NCBI RefSeq assembly: GCF_000150275.1
Contig: NW_002060946.1
Coordinates: 1,879,454-1,943,453, forward strand
DNA: 64,000 bases
From: Trichoplax adhaerens
Taxonomy: Eukaryota; Animalia; Placozoa
Direction: 5' to 3'
This document shows, piece after piece, positions 43,215 through 55,893 of the stretch. The notes beneath the pieces were generated by a model. It did not search any database. It worked only from the letters and a program-made list of their open reading frames with translations, and was not told where the DNA came from. Both the position numbers and the translations under genes were made by a program. Position 1 is the stretch's first letter. Each line of letters starts with the position of its first letter.

Positions 43215-45170
43215 GGGCAGCAGTGTTGATATTTATAGTTAGCATTGTGATATATAGCACCGTGGGTTCCCTTCGGTGTTCATTTTGCTTGAAAAAACAT
43301 CACCACTCAACCTTTTTTTCCTGTCTCGGTCGTCTCCAAATTATAACTTACAAGCTGCAAATCAATTTAAACCACCTTGGTTCGTGTATTTTTGTTCCAA
43401 TTAGAGCTAAAAAAATTGGGTTTTATCCTAAAGTACAACATTCAATCGGTATCCGCATTACTGTAGTTGGTCTACTTCGTCGAAACGCCTTCAACCACCT
43501 GAGTGTCGCATTGAATGGACGATGCAGATAATATACGTGCTGCCGGAAGGAGGCTACGGCGCATTGGCGATTTTGCCGAGAATGAAGCACCAAGAGAAAG
43601 AAATTATGCTTGGTATGATAATCTTTTAATGCGGCGACATTTACGATATTTGCTGCAAGCTTGGCAACAACTACGCTATATTTTCTTCTAGTTGATGGAA
43701 ACAATTCATTTCTATTAAACGTTGAATTGCATAGAAAAAAAGGAAAACTCATGGATGACCGGTGACACTAGTTGGATAGTGTACGCACTTGGTATCTTGA
43801 GAAAAAAAAAATGAACTTCTTAATTAATTTAATATATCTTACACGTACATAGCTAAACGATTTACTGTGCTTCGTGAATTCTAATATATTATAGTAAGCT
43901 AAACATAGTCTAGCTTGCATCCAAGTGAAAGTGAATATTTTCTTAACTTCAACTTTTATTTTTTTTTGTCTACGTATTTTCGTGCTGTACCATGTTCTAC
44001 GTGAAGTACACCGATGATCGTAACTGGTTTTAATCTGTGTAAAACGATGCTGTCTATACTTTCTTCCCTTTTTTTTTTATATTCTGCTTTGTGCTGGATA
44101 CACTTAGCAAGATATGACTTTTTTGATCAATTTCGTATGAATTAACAGGTTATAAAGTTTCAATGCTCTATAGTTCAATACTACTGTATGCGACAGTGTG
44201 ATATCCAGTGGTCAATACAGTATTCAGATGGAATCGCCGTAGGCGGTAGTGCCGGTGAAAATTTGTTGTAGTCAACTTGGTAGTATGATGCTGTAGTATC
44301 GCTGATTTCAGCCATATCAAGTTATCTTGTAATTCTTTCCACTATTATCCATCACCTGTTTGTCATCAATCGCTTGGATCCGCTGTTAATTTCCGAAAAA
44401 GTAGCAGAGTACAGTACAATATTATTATTATGAATGACCTCTGTAAACAGTGTGTGGACGGACGTACCATGTATTGCGCATGTTGGTCAGCTGCAAAGAC
44501 TTTCACAGTATGCTGTCTTACTCTGAAAAGCGTAAGCGGTACCGATTCCACCTGTAGAGGTAACAAACTGAATTAACCTCCTTGTTGTCCTACAAACTAC
44601 AGTATATACAGATGTATACAGTACTGTACACTGTACAGTACATATCGATAAACTACAAGCCGACGGACGCGTACGCAATCGAACATGAATTTCAATTGTA
44701 ACCGCAATGTTAACTTGTTTTTAATTTTCTTCTTGTCATCGAGGTACAAATTTGTTACTCGATATGTTATGCTTGATTGATTATATTGTTATTACATGTA
44801 AAGTCAATGAATAGACTGTATTTGAAGATATTTTGCTTCATGAAATGATAGACTAGAGAAATGGCGATGCAATAATATTTGATATTTTGGTAATGATGGA
44901 GTACAGTCTGTATATTATGACGTCACAAAATGATCATTTTTCAATCAAGTATAGAATCCATGATCGCGCTAATTAACTTAATTAACTTACTGTCATAGTT
45001 AATTTACTTTCTTTGATCGACAAATTTTTCAAATCGATCGACTAATTTTCAAATCGTGTAAGACGTATTACTATTCATAAAATATATCTTGATAACGTAA
45101 TTTAAATTTAAATTTGTATTGATCAATTAACTCTATCAATAGCCCTACGGGACGTATCATAGGAACTTTT
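43215..45170 (+). repeat. Segmental duplication copy 2 carrying intact BH3 gene C
   Basis: Direct repeat of 37418-39740. Segment unique to copy 2 at ~43749-43955. Confidence 0.95.
43515..43691 (+). CDS. Candidate BH3-only protein C (58 aa), absent from the ORF track
   Basis: Manual translation: MDDADNIRAAGRRLRRIGDFAENEAPRERNYAWYDNLLMRRHLRYLLQAWQQLRYIFF*. The core LRRIGD is identical to BIM. The basic/hydrophobic C-terminus resembles the BIM tail (RLLRYIVRLVW). In-frame TGA immediately before the ATG; TATATAG at ~43251. Confidence 0.72.
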   Translation: MDDADNIRAAGRRLRRIGDFAENEAPRERNYAWYDNLLMRRHLRYLLQAWQQLRYIFF

Positions 45171-46708
45171 TTCTTCGACCTTCAGTAATAAAGTATGCTC
45201 TTGTAGCATTAAATATTCAACGGTCTAGTTTCTTATTGATTATTTGAATGTCAATCAGTATACAAACTTAAAATTACTTCCTTGAGGTCGCTTCCGGGTA
45301 CACTTGGAATCATTTGTTTATATTGGGATAGCATGCGTTTGGGGATGATGCCGAGAATTTCTCTGGCAAGGATGGATATATTGTATGTAAATAGGATGGT
45401 ACTATGAGCAGTTATTTTGACGCCTTATTTTATCAATGTTAGCTGAATTCGTTTTGGACGTCTCATTATTTTGGGCCAATTTGGAACGACTCGGCTATTT
45501 CTGCTTAGTTTATTTACCGTCATCAATTGATTTATATAGCGGTTTATACAATTGTCAGTCAGGATTGACACTAATTTTAAGTGTTTCAGATATAGCATAT
45601 TTTGTTCACTTTAGTAATGCTCTGCATATTGGCAATAGTAATTTGTAGAATAGTTACTGTATAAGAGCCGCAAAAATAATGTTGATAAGAATAGAAAACT
45701 ATAATCGGCGGTGCCGTAAATAGTCAAGGTTTGTCGTACTCGAACATGAATAAATTAGGGTGTATTACTGTTTACACAAACTTTCGAGGACAGATTGGAT
45801 ATCATTAATAAGGATTTTATAGCAATTCATTTAATAACAATTTATTGCTGGTGGAAAGGGGTTTCTTTGCGGTCAATAGATGAAAAATCAAATTAAATGA
45901 ATGGAAAGGTTGACACTAAATATCTTATTCCATTGATCCGCTGAATGTCAGTCATACCTAGTATGTCGTTAAAAGTATTTAAAAAGGATATAATTAAAAA
46001 TCGCTATTCGAAATATTTTATTTCTACATCATGCGTATATTGCTATGATATTAGCATTAAGAATACAGATATCAAGAGGATCCAACACATTCGTTATCGA
46101 AAAGTAACTGAGTAAAAAAGTTCCCTTGCAGTCTGGATGCAGTAAATAGCATTAATTTCTACGGAACGTATACTTTATTCAGCAAATTAAAATAAGTGTA
46201 TGTATAGAGCAATAATATTGGTTAGAAATATTAGCGATATAGCTATATTCTATATCATAACTGAAGATATTCCATACGGCTTAGATATTTTCAAAGAGAA
46301 ATGAGTTTAATCGCATATTTACAATAAAACTAGTCAATTATTCAAATTTGGACTATAATTCCATTTAGAGGTATCAACTGACAATTAGGATTTATTCATA
46401 TACAAGCTTCCATAGAAATTTATCTACAAAATCGCAGTATCTGAAATGTATCTTTCAGACGGTTAAAATTAAAACTTAGTTACAATAAAACTTTAATTTT
46501 AAAAATGTAATTAGTACGATACTTAATTGAAAGAAATTCAAGTGCTTTATGAAGTAGATGGAGGGAGCATTTGGATGTAAGGAATAATAACCATCACTGT
46601 GAAGCCTTGACTGGGCGTAGATATACTTTTAGTTTTTTTTATACAACATTCTCATTTTTTATAAATATTATTAGAACGTTTTCAAATGTTAACGATAGTA
46701 ATATTTTA

Positions 46709-49700
46709 CTAGTCGCTGCATTCGGGTGAACTTGATCGTATATTGTATTCTTCTTCGGTCGTAGTACTTGCTGCCGGAGATGAAACTTTAGTTGGTGGTA
46801 ATGGCTTAAATGGATTTAAACTGCGTACAGATTTTCCACCGCGCGTGTTTACTTCTTGAGATTTCGTTAACAGTGGTGGCATAAATGAAGACTGTAAATT
46901 GTTATCATTAACGTCAGGTTGACTTGAAGTTATCACAGATTGTGATAAACTTCGAGTCGTTGATGGCGTTACTGAGCTCATTCGTGATAAACTTTCGCTT
47001 TCTTCCGTTGATGAATCTACGTTATTCCTATTATTACTTTGCCAAAAAGGACTACTCAAAAACTGATTTCTGCTTTTATTGGACTGAATTGAAGAGGGTG
47101 TAGGGATTTCGTCTCTGGAGGACATGATCGAGCTTGAAGCTGCCGATTCACTACGACTAGGAGTATCTTGGTAATCTTCATTAGTGCCAAATTTGGATAA
47201 TTCAGAATACTTACTATCCCAAGCAGGTTTAGTTCGGCGCGATAACGATGGCAGACTTGAAGCAGAGTTAGGGCGAAAAACTGTTTTATCAAATTTATCA
47301 TTGCGAGATTTTTCTTCGCTACTCATCCTCCTATCCGAAATACTTTCACTAATACTGTTTCTCGCTTGAGTTTGAAATTGAGTATCAGGTTGAATCGATC
47401 GAGTTCTTGTCATTTCTTCGGAGGACATTGGTCTGTTTCGATTTGATTTTCGTTGTGATCGAGCCGAGTGACTCCTGTCGGTAGCTCTATTAGATAGATT
47501 ATCTGAGACTATATCATTTTTTGTCGGAGTTAAGGTTCGAGAAGATAGTTCAGTATCATTGTAACTGGATGCAATGCTTGACCTTGCTTGAGTTACATCT
47601 TCAATAATTATTGAATCTTCTCGCTGTACCTCTCTATTGTTAATTTCATGATCACTTTGACTAGAGATAGCATCCTCTTCTTGAGATACTAAATGCGCGG
47701 GATTTGGACTATTAATGGCTAATCTATATTTTTCCATTAACTCCTCTAATCTTTCATCTGAAATTTCAGTTCTGTCGGATTCCAAATCAGTACCAGTTCG
47801 AGAAGTGATTGGAGTACTGATGGAGGATCTGCATTGTTCAAGTAACTCTTGCAATCTGCTCTCATCGACGCTTTGGGTATCATCCTATTTTCATCAAGGA
47901 TTGATGCCATTATTCAATAGTAATCATGATGTGGCTACATGAAGAATCTTAAAAATGTAAGTGAATGAGATATAATATTAATTTACCTCTTCATCATATT
48001 TCATTTTATGCAATTGTTGTTCAATGGTCTTAAGGCGATGATTTAAATCTCGTTGAAATTTCGTTTCAAATAAGCTATACTCTCCTAGACCTAGGTAGAT
48101 GACAAGTGAAATAGGTTCATACGAGTGTTTCCCTAAATATCTCAAAAACCTTTCAGTAGGCAGGATATATGTCTATGATCAGTACCATAGTTATCGATAT
48201 CGTTTTCATCAGCTTGCCATGCTATTATTTCATCTTTAACGAGACTCTATAGGATTAATTGTCAACATATTGGAAATACAAAATGTTAAAAGTTGCTATT
48301 GTACTGCAAAATTGCTCATCTAATCGCCAATAGTTGTAAAAATTTATTTCTTACATCGATTTTAGTTACACTAGTAATATTTTCAGTCATATCTTCATTT
48401 GGAACCATAGTTAAACTTTCGAATTTATCTGCCGGCATGATAGATTTCAATTTTCTAATTGTCATACAAGTAAGAATACAAACTTTACTGCAAGAAATAA
48501 ATAATCAGAAGCAAATCGTGACTACTAGAAAATTAAAATTTCTCAGTCGTACGTATCAATGCTATCTAAGATCTCTTTTTCTCGCTTTTCCGGAAGAAAT
48601 CCATTTGAAAGATTTTTAGAACTTGCAATATGGGTGTTTGTCTGGTTGATATGGATTTAGTATCCGCATTAATACCAATAAAGTCAAATAGGCATCGAAA
48701 CAAGACTGTGATTATTGAATATAATCTAGTACCGTCTCAGTTTCGTCTTGATTTTCATCCGCTTCAAGCAAGAGCTGCTCAATTCTCTTTTTTTCTTCAT
48801 CTGTCATCGTAACTATATTGGCCGCATCTGCTGCGAGCTATGTCAGCCAATAAAACTCTTGTGTTACTTATTACAATTACGTTAATAGCAGGGATCACTC
48901 AAGAAATTTTTTTCTCCCATTCCCATACACGGGAAGGAATTTCTTGAGTAGTCCCTATTAACAGATAGAGAATTATGTTATATCTCAATCTAATATGATT
49001 ATATTACAATACCTCGATATTTCTTCTAATATAGTTTTTATTTTTAGAGTCCGTTTTTTCACTTTTTTGGTTACTATGGTGCCTTTTATCGTTTTTTCCC
49101 TTTTGCTTTCTGCTTTGTTTAATCTTTCTATGTATTCGAGTCCTTGTCATTTCTGAATGATTTTCAGTTCGAACATTGGATTTTTTGCTACTCGATATCT
49201 CTGTAGCTGCCAATAAATGGTCTCAGATATATATTTGATTGATAAAACAACAAACAGAAACATCAATATAGAAATTTACCTTGTTCTTCATCTGATATAT
49301 CGGAAAGGTTGTAATTGACATCTAGATTACTTTCAATTAGTCCCGGCGGTTGAGTAGCAAAGAGAGGTGAAAATGTTCCAGAATAAGCTTCTATTTCCTC
49401 ATCGTCACTGAAAGCTATGCAAAAATCGAACATCACTACAAAGAAACATCTTCAATGCTTATAACTATAAATTAACCTCTTACAGTTACGAGTAAATACT
49501 TTATAGAATTATATCAGATTACTTGATAAATCGGGCGCAGGGCCAATAGCGTTAATGTGATTTTTAGATAGTAAAGCAATTTCTTTTCCTTCTCGTTCGA
49601 GTTGCCTTTGCTGCTCTATTAACTGTTGTGACCATTGAGATTCTAACACTAGCCGTTTCTTCTTGACTTCTTTTTCTTTCTATTTATTGATTCATCATCA

Positions 49701-50812
49701 GAAATATATATTATGAATATTTAGCAGCAATGGAAACTTAAGTGCAGATAATAGTTCAAACCTTGACTACATCAGTAAGAAGAGAATCTAATTTCTGAAT
49801 TCTTTTTAATCCCTTAGCAATTCTGGGATCCAGAACTTCTTCCGGCGTAGCTGCAACATCTTCTTTGGCTGCATTTACATTACTTGAATCTGCGGTGTCA
49901 TTTTGTGATTGCTTCTCATCTGTGACTTCCGTACACTCCTATTGTTTAAGGTTGAAGAGTATTAAACGAATGGTTGTAAGGCATAACTTAAATTTTTAAC
50001 ATTTTATTATCGATAAATTAGCAATATTCTACGATAAATTTTAAAGTTTATTTGGTACTATAATTCATGTACTTCTTTTGGTTTGTTTAATTCGATATCG
50101 TTATCACTTTCAGCTTCCTCAACAGGTTCCTTTTATGTAATATTTTGTTGGAATATAAGATAATAGTTATTTAAATTATATTTCCGTTTTATTAGAGAAT
50201 AGTTCATAGAAAATACGAAATTAATCAGTATGAATCTGTACAAGTAAGATGCTACTATACCTCAATGCTTGCTACTTCTATTTCCTCCACTGGTCGTGAA
50301 AAAGAAAGAGCATATTGACGTCGTAATACGATATGGCAAAAAGTTTATCAGGAATTTTACAGATTTTGTTAGCTTATTAAAATGATTATTGGTACCTTCT
50401 GGTGTTAATACTTCCAGAGATGATGAAGCAGGTCTATTAGAGCGCTACACGATTGATAATATATGTTATTTTTAAACTCAGCTATGACAGTTAGTGTAAA
50501 ATAACTCAATATGTGTGTAATAAAAATAATCGAGCTTAGAAAGTATAGTTTTACATATTACTTTCGTAATAAATTTAGCTATAAAATATTATAGGTTGAT
50601 GATAGATACGTTCGTTGTGCGTCGTAGTAAGATATATGCAAACGCAGTAGGCATAGCATGATGATTAAAACTTGATATTATTTTACTTCCTCTTTAGGTT
50701 TTAAAGTTTTAAATTAAAATAGTGAATAAACGAGTAACTTAAACGAGCAATTTTAGATACTAACCACAGATGAATGACCTGATATTGGTGGATATTGGTC
50801 GTCGTTATCATT
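46709..50812 (-). CDS. FSIP1: Fibrous sheath-interacting protein 1-like, multi-exon, with long Ser/Arg-rich C-terminal exon
   Basis: Exon translations SSSLEVLTPE, DPRIAKGIKRIQKLDSLL..KEKEVKK, FSPLFATQP, NYIRRNIELAADAANIVTMTDEEKKRIEQLL, QRDLNHRLKTIEQQLHKMK and RLQELLEQC follow FSIP1 motif order. Includes the 381-aa ORF 46709-47854. First exon and true 3' end are not resolved. Confidence 0.75.
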
Positions 50813-52051
50813 CCTATAATGTTAATAAAAATTGATAGTTAGTAACAAACTGAGTTAATACGCTCTTTAATGACATTTATGGTACATCTTTTTGCAAGCT
50901 AATATTACGGCATCAAATTTTATACATTTGAGCCTTTTTATGGCGATATTTCATATTATAGCTTGGCTGTCAATATGTTATACGTTTATTCAACTAAGAT
51001 TTAAAATGTTTAAGTATAAAAATTTACATTTAATAGAATTATTGACTAATCCTATGTGGGTGAAACAGATTGTGGGTATACAGTACGTTTACTTCAAGAC
51101 TAATGAAATAAATTGATTAATTAGAAGATTTAGATTAAAGTAGCTAGAGCAATCGTATCAATTACAGCATAGATCAATCCTATTCTTAATTATATCATAA
51201 CTTGCCTGACACTTTCGGTACTATCCATACCAATAGCTTATAGTACATATAGGTACATAATTAAATAATTCAGTCAATTTATGATGTAATGATGTCACTA
51301 TGTAGAGTCCAGATGAATAAATAATTCCACGGGGTAATCCAAAATTCAGATATCATTTATTACTATACTAATTTATATCTAAGTCATAAAATTCTGGCTT
51401 CGTCGAGATTAAATAAGTAAGTAGTTACTGTCTATGTCAATGAAGAATTCGTCCAACTTGCAATGCTAACCGTGTGAACGTATTACACTCGTATTTCTAA
51501 TTGAAAGCTATTGCTAAATTCACACATCGATGTAGCAAACTATCTCCATTATCTCAAGTCGTTAGTAATTCAGTTTTATAGTATTTCAGCATATTCTATT
51601 GCCTATTTGGTATCTCAAGTACATATGATTATTTGTGCTTATGTTATGATTGATACGGTTGTGGTTTAAGAATTTCAACGGGAGGAATTCGTTACTATGA
51701 TACGAGCCATTTGAAATTAAGAATGATTCTATAATGCTCATGCGCAATGCTTCACGAAGTCTGCCGTCAAATGATCCTGCAGTAACTGTAACTGTGATAG
51801 TCAGACACCGAAGGCTCCAGTGGACTATACCCCCTATACAGTATCGTATACCATTATGATAGTATACGACACTATACTTCACGGCTATATCGAAAGATGT
51901 TCCATGTCTAGTGTTCCACATTCGCTTAGTCAAAAACCTCTTCGAGAGCACCAATTTCAAAATTGCTCCTAGCTGCGTTGCGGGCACTAGTAGCGAGACT
52001 GTTGGTGAACATTTTCCCTTTACCGGTTTACTAGTCCTTTTAGTTGCAGTA

Positions 52052-54701
52052 ATGGCCGATTCTCGAAGATATGAAAGAGGATCAGATAGAGATAAATATA
52101 GAAAAGAATCCTCCCGAAAAAATGAGTATAAGGACAGATCACCAAGCAGGAACAGAAGCGATAAACGAAGGTAGCCATCCAAATATTGCAGCAATAATTT
52201 TGCAATGTCAATATCGCTGTTCTAGTAATGTTTGCTGTAACCTGTTACTTATGTTTTGGGAACATATTTTAGAATGATTCACAAATAGGATTCATGCCAA
52301 TTACATATTTAATTGATTAATTATTAATCGTTGTAACATAACTTCAATCTATTTTGGTTCCCGTTGTTTTGAATGCCGAACTTGGTCAGATATCCAGATG
52401 AAGCAAGGAACTATCGTCATAAGGAAAGGAGAGACGAACGGGATAGTGAATCTCAAAGATTATCAGATAGTCATAAACATCAGCATTCGAATGATAGGAG
52501 ACAAAGAGATTCATACGAAGATAGAAGCTCTAGAAAGGACGATCGAAGGAGAAATAGAGATGATGAGCATAAACAGGTCGAAAATTAATAGCTATACAAT
52601 ATTAATTATAGTAAAAAGAATTTTGTAGTTCGAGTGGATTAGTAGTTTCCTTTTTGGACATGACTACGTAAATACGTGCCAGAAGTTTATAAAAGTGTTT
52701 CACACAACATGAATCACAGATATAATAATAAATTTAGCAGTTTATTCTGTAGAAGCATGATAGATTATTTTATTTTGAGGAATTAGCTGTAATTGTCTCC
52801 ACTCTACTATAAAGATAGAGACGCAATAGCGTAGATAAATATAGTAAATTAGTTGTATGGCTTGCAATTACTGCTAAGACGTTTTACTAAGAACTGCTAT
52901 TATACCTAAATCAGATTAGATGTGCTGTAAAATTCAAAGATTCTTTTTAGATTTAACTTTTGCTTTCCATTTTTGTAGAGAAATGATTATTCCAGAAATA
53001 GGGATGAAGCTGATCGTAAAAGGGAGGAATATAACGAAGGTAAATGTTTTGTGTATAGGATTTATATAATCGATTGTGTCTATGATTCTTGATGCTATGC
53101 ACTGGTAATAGACAGTGTTACCGAGTAGTTGGTGTAGTATTCTCTACTCTAATTACATAATTTTACTATAAAATTGGTCATGATTATGATACCACGTTAA
53201 AAGATTTTAGATATAAATAATCAGTTATCGAAATTCGATATTATGAATTAAAAGCGACTAGATTTACTATTATTTGGCAGATAGAACAGACAGAAAATTA
53301 GTATATGACTGCTTTTGTCGTGGTTTTAGCCGGTAATCATACCAGCAAATAATTTGCAGCAGTAATAATGAAAATATTTAGGACTGTTTTTGATGTTGCA
53401 GCTCGGCGTAAAAGGAGGAAGAGTGAAGAAAAAAATGACGAGTTAGTATATACGTATAATTTGTATCTTTTGATTCTGGTATGGCATTGGATAGTGTAAT
53501 ATTTTAAAATCTGTCCGGTATGATTCGTTAAAGCTTGGTTGAATACTTGTAATTTAATTTAGTTTTGGAAAACCTGTATCTGAATCAGAAACTGGCAAAG
53601 ATGATGAGGATAATGCTGCTACTGAGAAAGCAGAACCTGATTTTAAGCTTTCCGGCAACTTAGCAAAAGATACGAATACCTATAAAGTATGAATGTGACA
53701 TTGTTGAAAATCACGATATTTCAATTTTATTAACATTATGGGAACACATTTCATGTTAAGGGTGTAGTAATAAAATATAGTGAGCCGCCAGAAGCGAGGC
53801 AGCCGAAAACCAGATGGAGGCTATATGTATTTAAAGAGGATCAGTCACTGCGTAAGATTGAAGATGTTATTTTGTAGCACTAAATTCTGTGGATGACCGC
53901 CAGTATTGATAATACTCGAATGAAAGACAATACACTTCCTTAACACTGTGATATATTAATTTGCCTTTTATAGCAACTGTTTATATCCACCGACAAAGTG
54001 CTTTTCTGCTGGGTCGAGATAGAAGAGTAAGAAAAAATTCAGAATTTTAATAACTACTGAATCCACCGGCTTTTCCTAATTTTTATTATGCTCTCATTTC
54101 TTCTCTGCAGGTAGCCGATATTCCTATTGATCATCCTTCATGTTCGAGCCAACATGCTGTTATTCAATACCGATTAGTTGATGTAGAAAAGGAAGATGGA
54201 ACTCTTGGAAAGAAAGTGAAGTAAGTCCTATGGTTTGCTAACTTGCTGCTTGGTGTGATGATATTTTATGACTACAATTTTGTGCTTCTGTGAAGTTGTG
54301 ATAACGTATTTTGCTATCTCTAATTGTTCAATCTTTTTTTAGGCCATACATGATAGATCTAGAATCAACTAATGGAACATATGTGAATAATAACAGAATA
54401 GAGTCATCTCGTTATGTTGAACTGAAGGAAAAGGTAGTAATCCTACTATAATCACTTTACACCATAAATTTGTGATAATTGTAATTATACATCAATTAAG
54501 TGAAGTTTGCACTAAATGCTTTCCTGTATGGTAATTGTATTGAATTTAAAAAATTTACTTGGTATTCTGATTTCCGACTTATTAAACAAGGATATGGTGA
54601 AGTTTGGTTACAGTAGTAGAGAATATATCCTTCTTCACGAAAATTCACAGGATCAGCTTGACGAACCCGAAGCGGAAGAAAATACTGATGCTCAGGAATA
54701 A
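52052..54701 (+). CDS. SNIP1: Smad nuclear-interacting protein 1 / Pml1 (RES complex, FHA domain), about 10 exons
   Basis: RS/RD-rich N-terminus, then PDFKLSGNLAKDTNTYKGVVIKYSEPPEARQPKTRWRLYVFK...HRQSAFLLGRDRRVADIPIDHPSCSSQHAVIQYR...PYMIDLESTNGTYVN...KFGYSSREYILLHE, with canonical GT-AG introns. Confidence 0.95.
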
Positions 54702-55474
54702 TAATAAGTTTAATGTCCGCACTTGTATGAAATTTTTTTGTAAATCATCGTATCACTTTTTTATGAGAACCTTGAAGCTGCTAGTAGTTACTTTGTGCTA
54801 TATACTGTACATAGGTATATCTATTAATAATTTCTTGATGATGAATCGTCAATTTACAGTATTGCAAAGACATCTATGTGTATAAATAAAGAATTTACAA
54901 ATTTGTTCAATTAGCAAGTTGTTTGAACGTATGTACAGTATGTACATCATAATGAAATTAATAGCACACTTATCGACACATGGTGGATTATAATGATAAT
55001 TACATGTACAGTAGATGCATTACTGTACTACATAGAGTAACGCTGAGATCTGTAACATATCACAATATAGTATGCCATCTTGTTATTATGTAGTTTCTAG
55101 TTTATCCTAGAAGTAAACATACTCGTAGTGGTATCATATCGAATCAGTTGTGTCAAGTTTAGCTCCGTCAAAGTACGGTACGGTACGGTACTACTGCACT
55201 TGTTCTGGTACAGTACCAGTCTTTGCGTCCAGTGAAAAATACACAGTACAAATACAGTATAATGTACTGTACACTGTACGTTACGAAAGCTTTCAGAGCC
55301 CTCTCATGCGATAGTACACTGTACAGTACAGTAGTTACTAAGAGCGAATGATGAAGCACAGTAGTGTACTGTACTGTACCACGGTCAAAAGGTAGATCAG
55401 AGAATAACAAGTGCGAAGGTCGTAACGTATCATATCGTGATGTCGTTCAAAGGCGAGGAAGATGCACATTAATG

Positions 55475-55893
55475 GTCGCCATTAGAGTTGTAGTAAACTA
55501 CTTCAAGAGGTCTTTTAACACTTGATTTCTTCCAAGTCTTCTTTGAAAAATTCAACATTTTACTGTAGTTTTTTCGCTGACGTCTTTTAATGTAGTCTTA
55601 CCCATTGCTACGGTATTTTATTAAGGATACAATAGTGCCGTTATGTCATAGTAGTGACTGTAAGAAAAAAGAAATAGTCATTAAATAGTCGCCATTACAG
55701 TTGTAGTAAAACACTTCCAGAGGTCTTATAACGCTTGGTTTCTTTCAAGTCTTCTTTGAAAAATTCAACATTTTACTGTAGTCTTTTCGCTAACGTCTTT
55801 TAATGTAGTGTTACCCTTTACTACAGTATTTTATTAAGGATACAATAGTGCTGTTATATCATAGTAGTGACTGTAAGAAGAAAGAAATATTCA
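55475..55893 (+). repeat. Tandem duplication, 2 x ~213 bp
   Basis: Units start gtcgccatta at 55475 and 55688 and are highly similar through gtgactgtaagaa. Confidence 0.92.

Noticed and set aside
40218-43260. Many ORF-track entries rich in YCTV/YSTVQ (also 17059-19889 and 55168-55410)
   Set aside because: They are translations of stop-poor TACAG/TACTG repeats, not proteins.
45320-45360. FGDDAEN resembling gene C IGDFAEN
   Set aside because: There is no in-frame Leu or ORF, and the region is more likely the 3' part of the FSIP1-like transcript on the minus strand.
51586-52194. 202-aa minus-strand ORF
   Set aside because: Largely antisense to SNIP1 exon 1 and its promoter. Part might hold FSIP1 5' exons, but this is not supportable.
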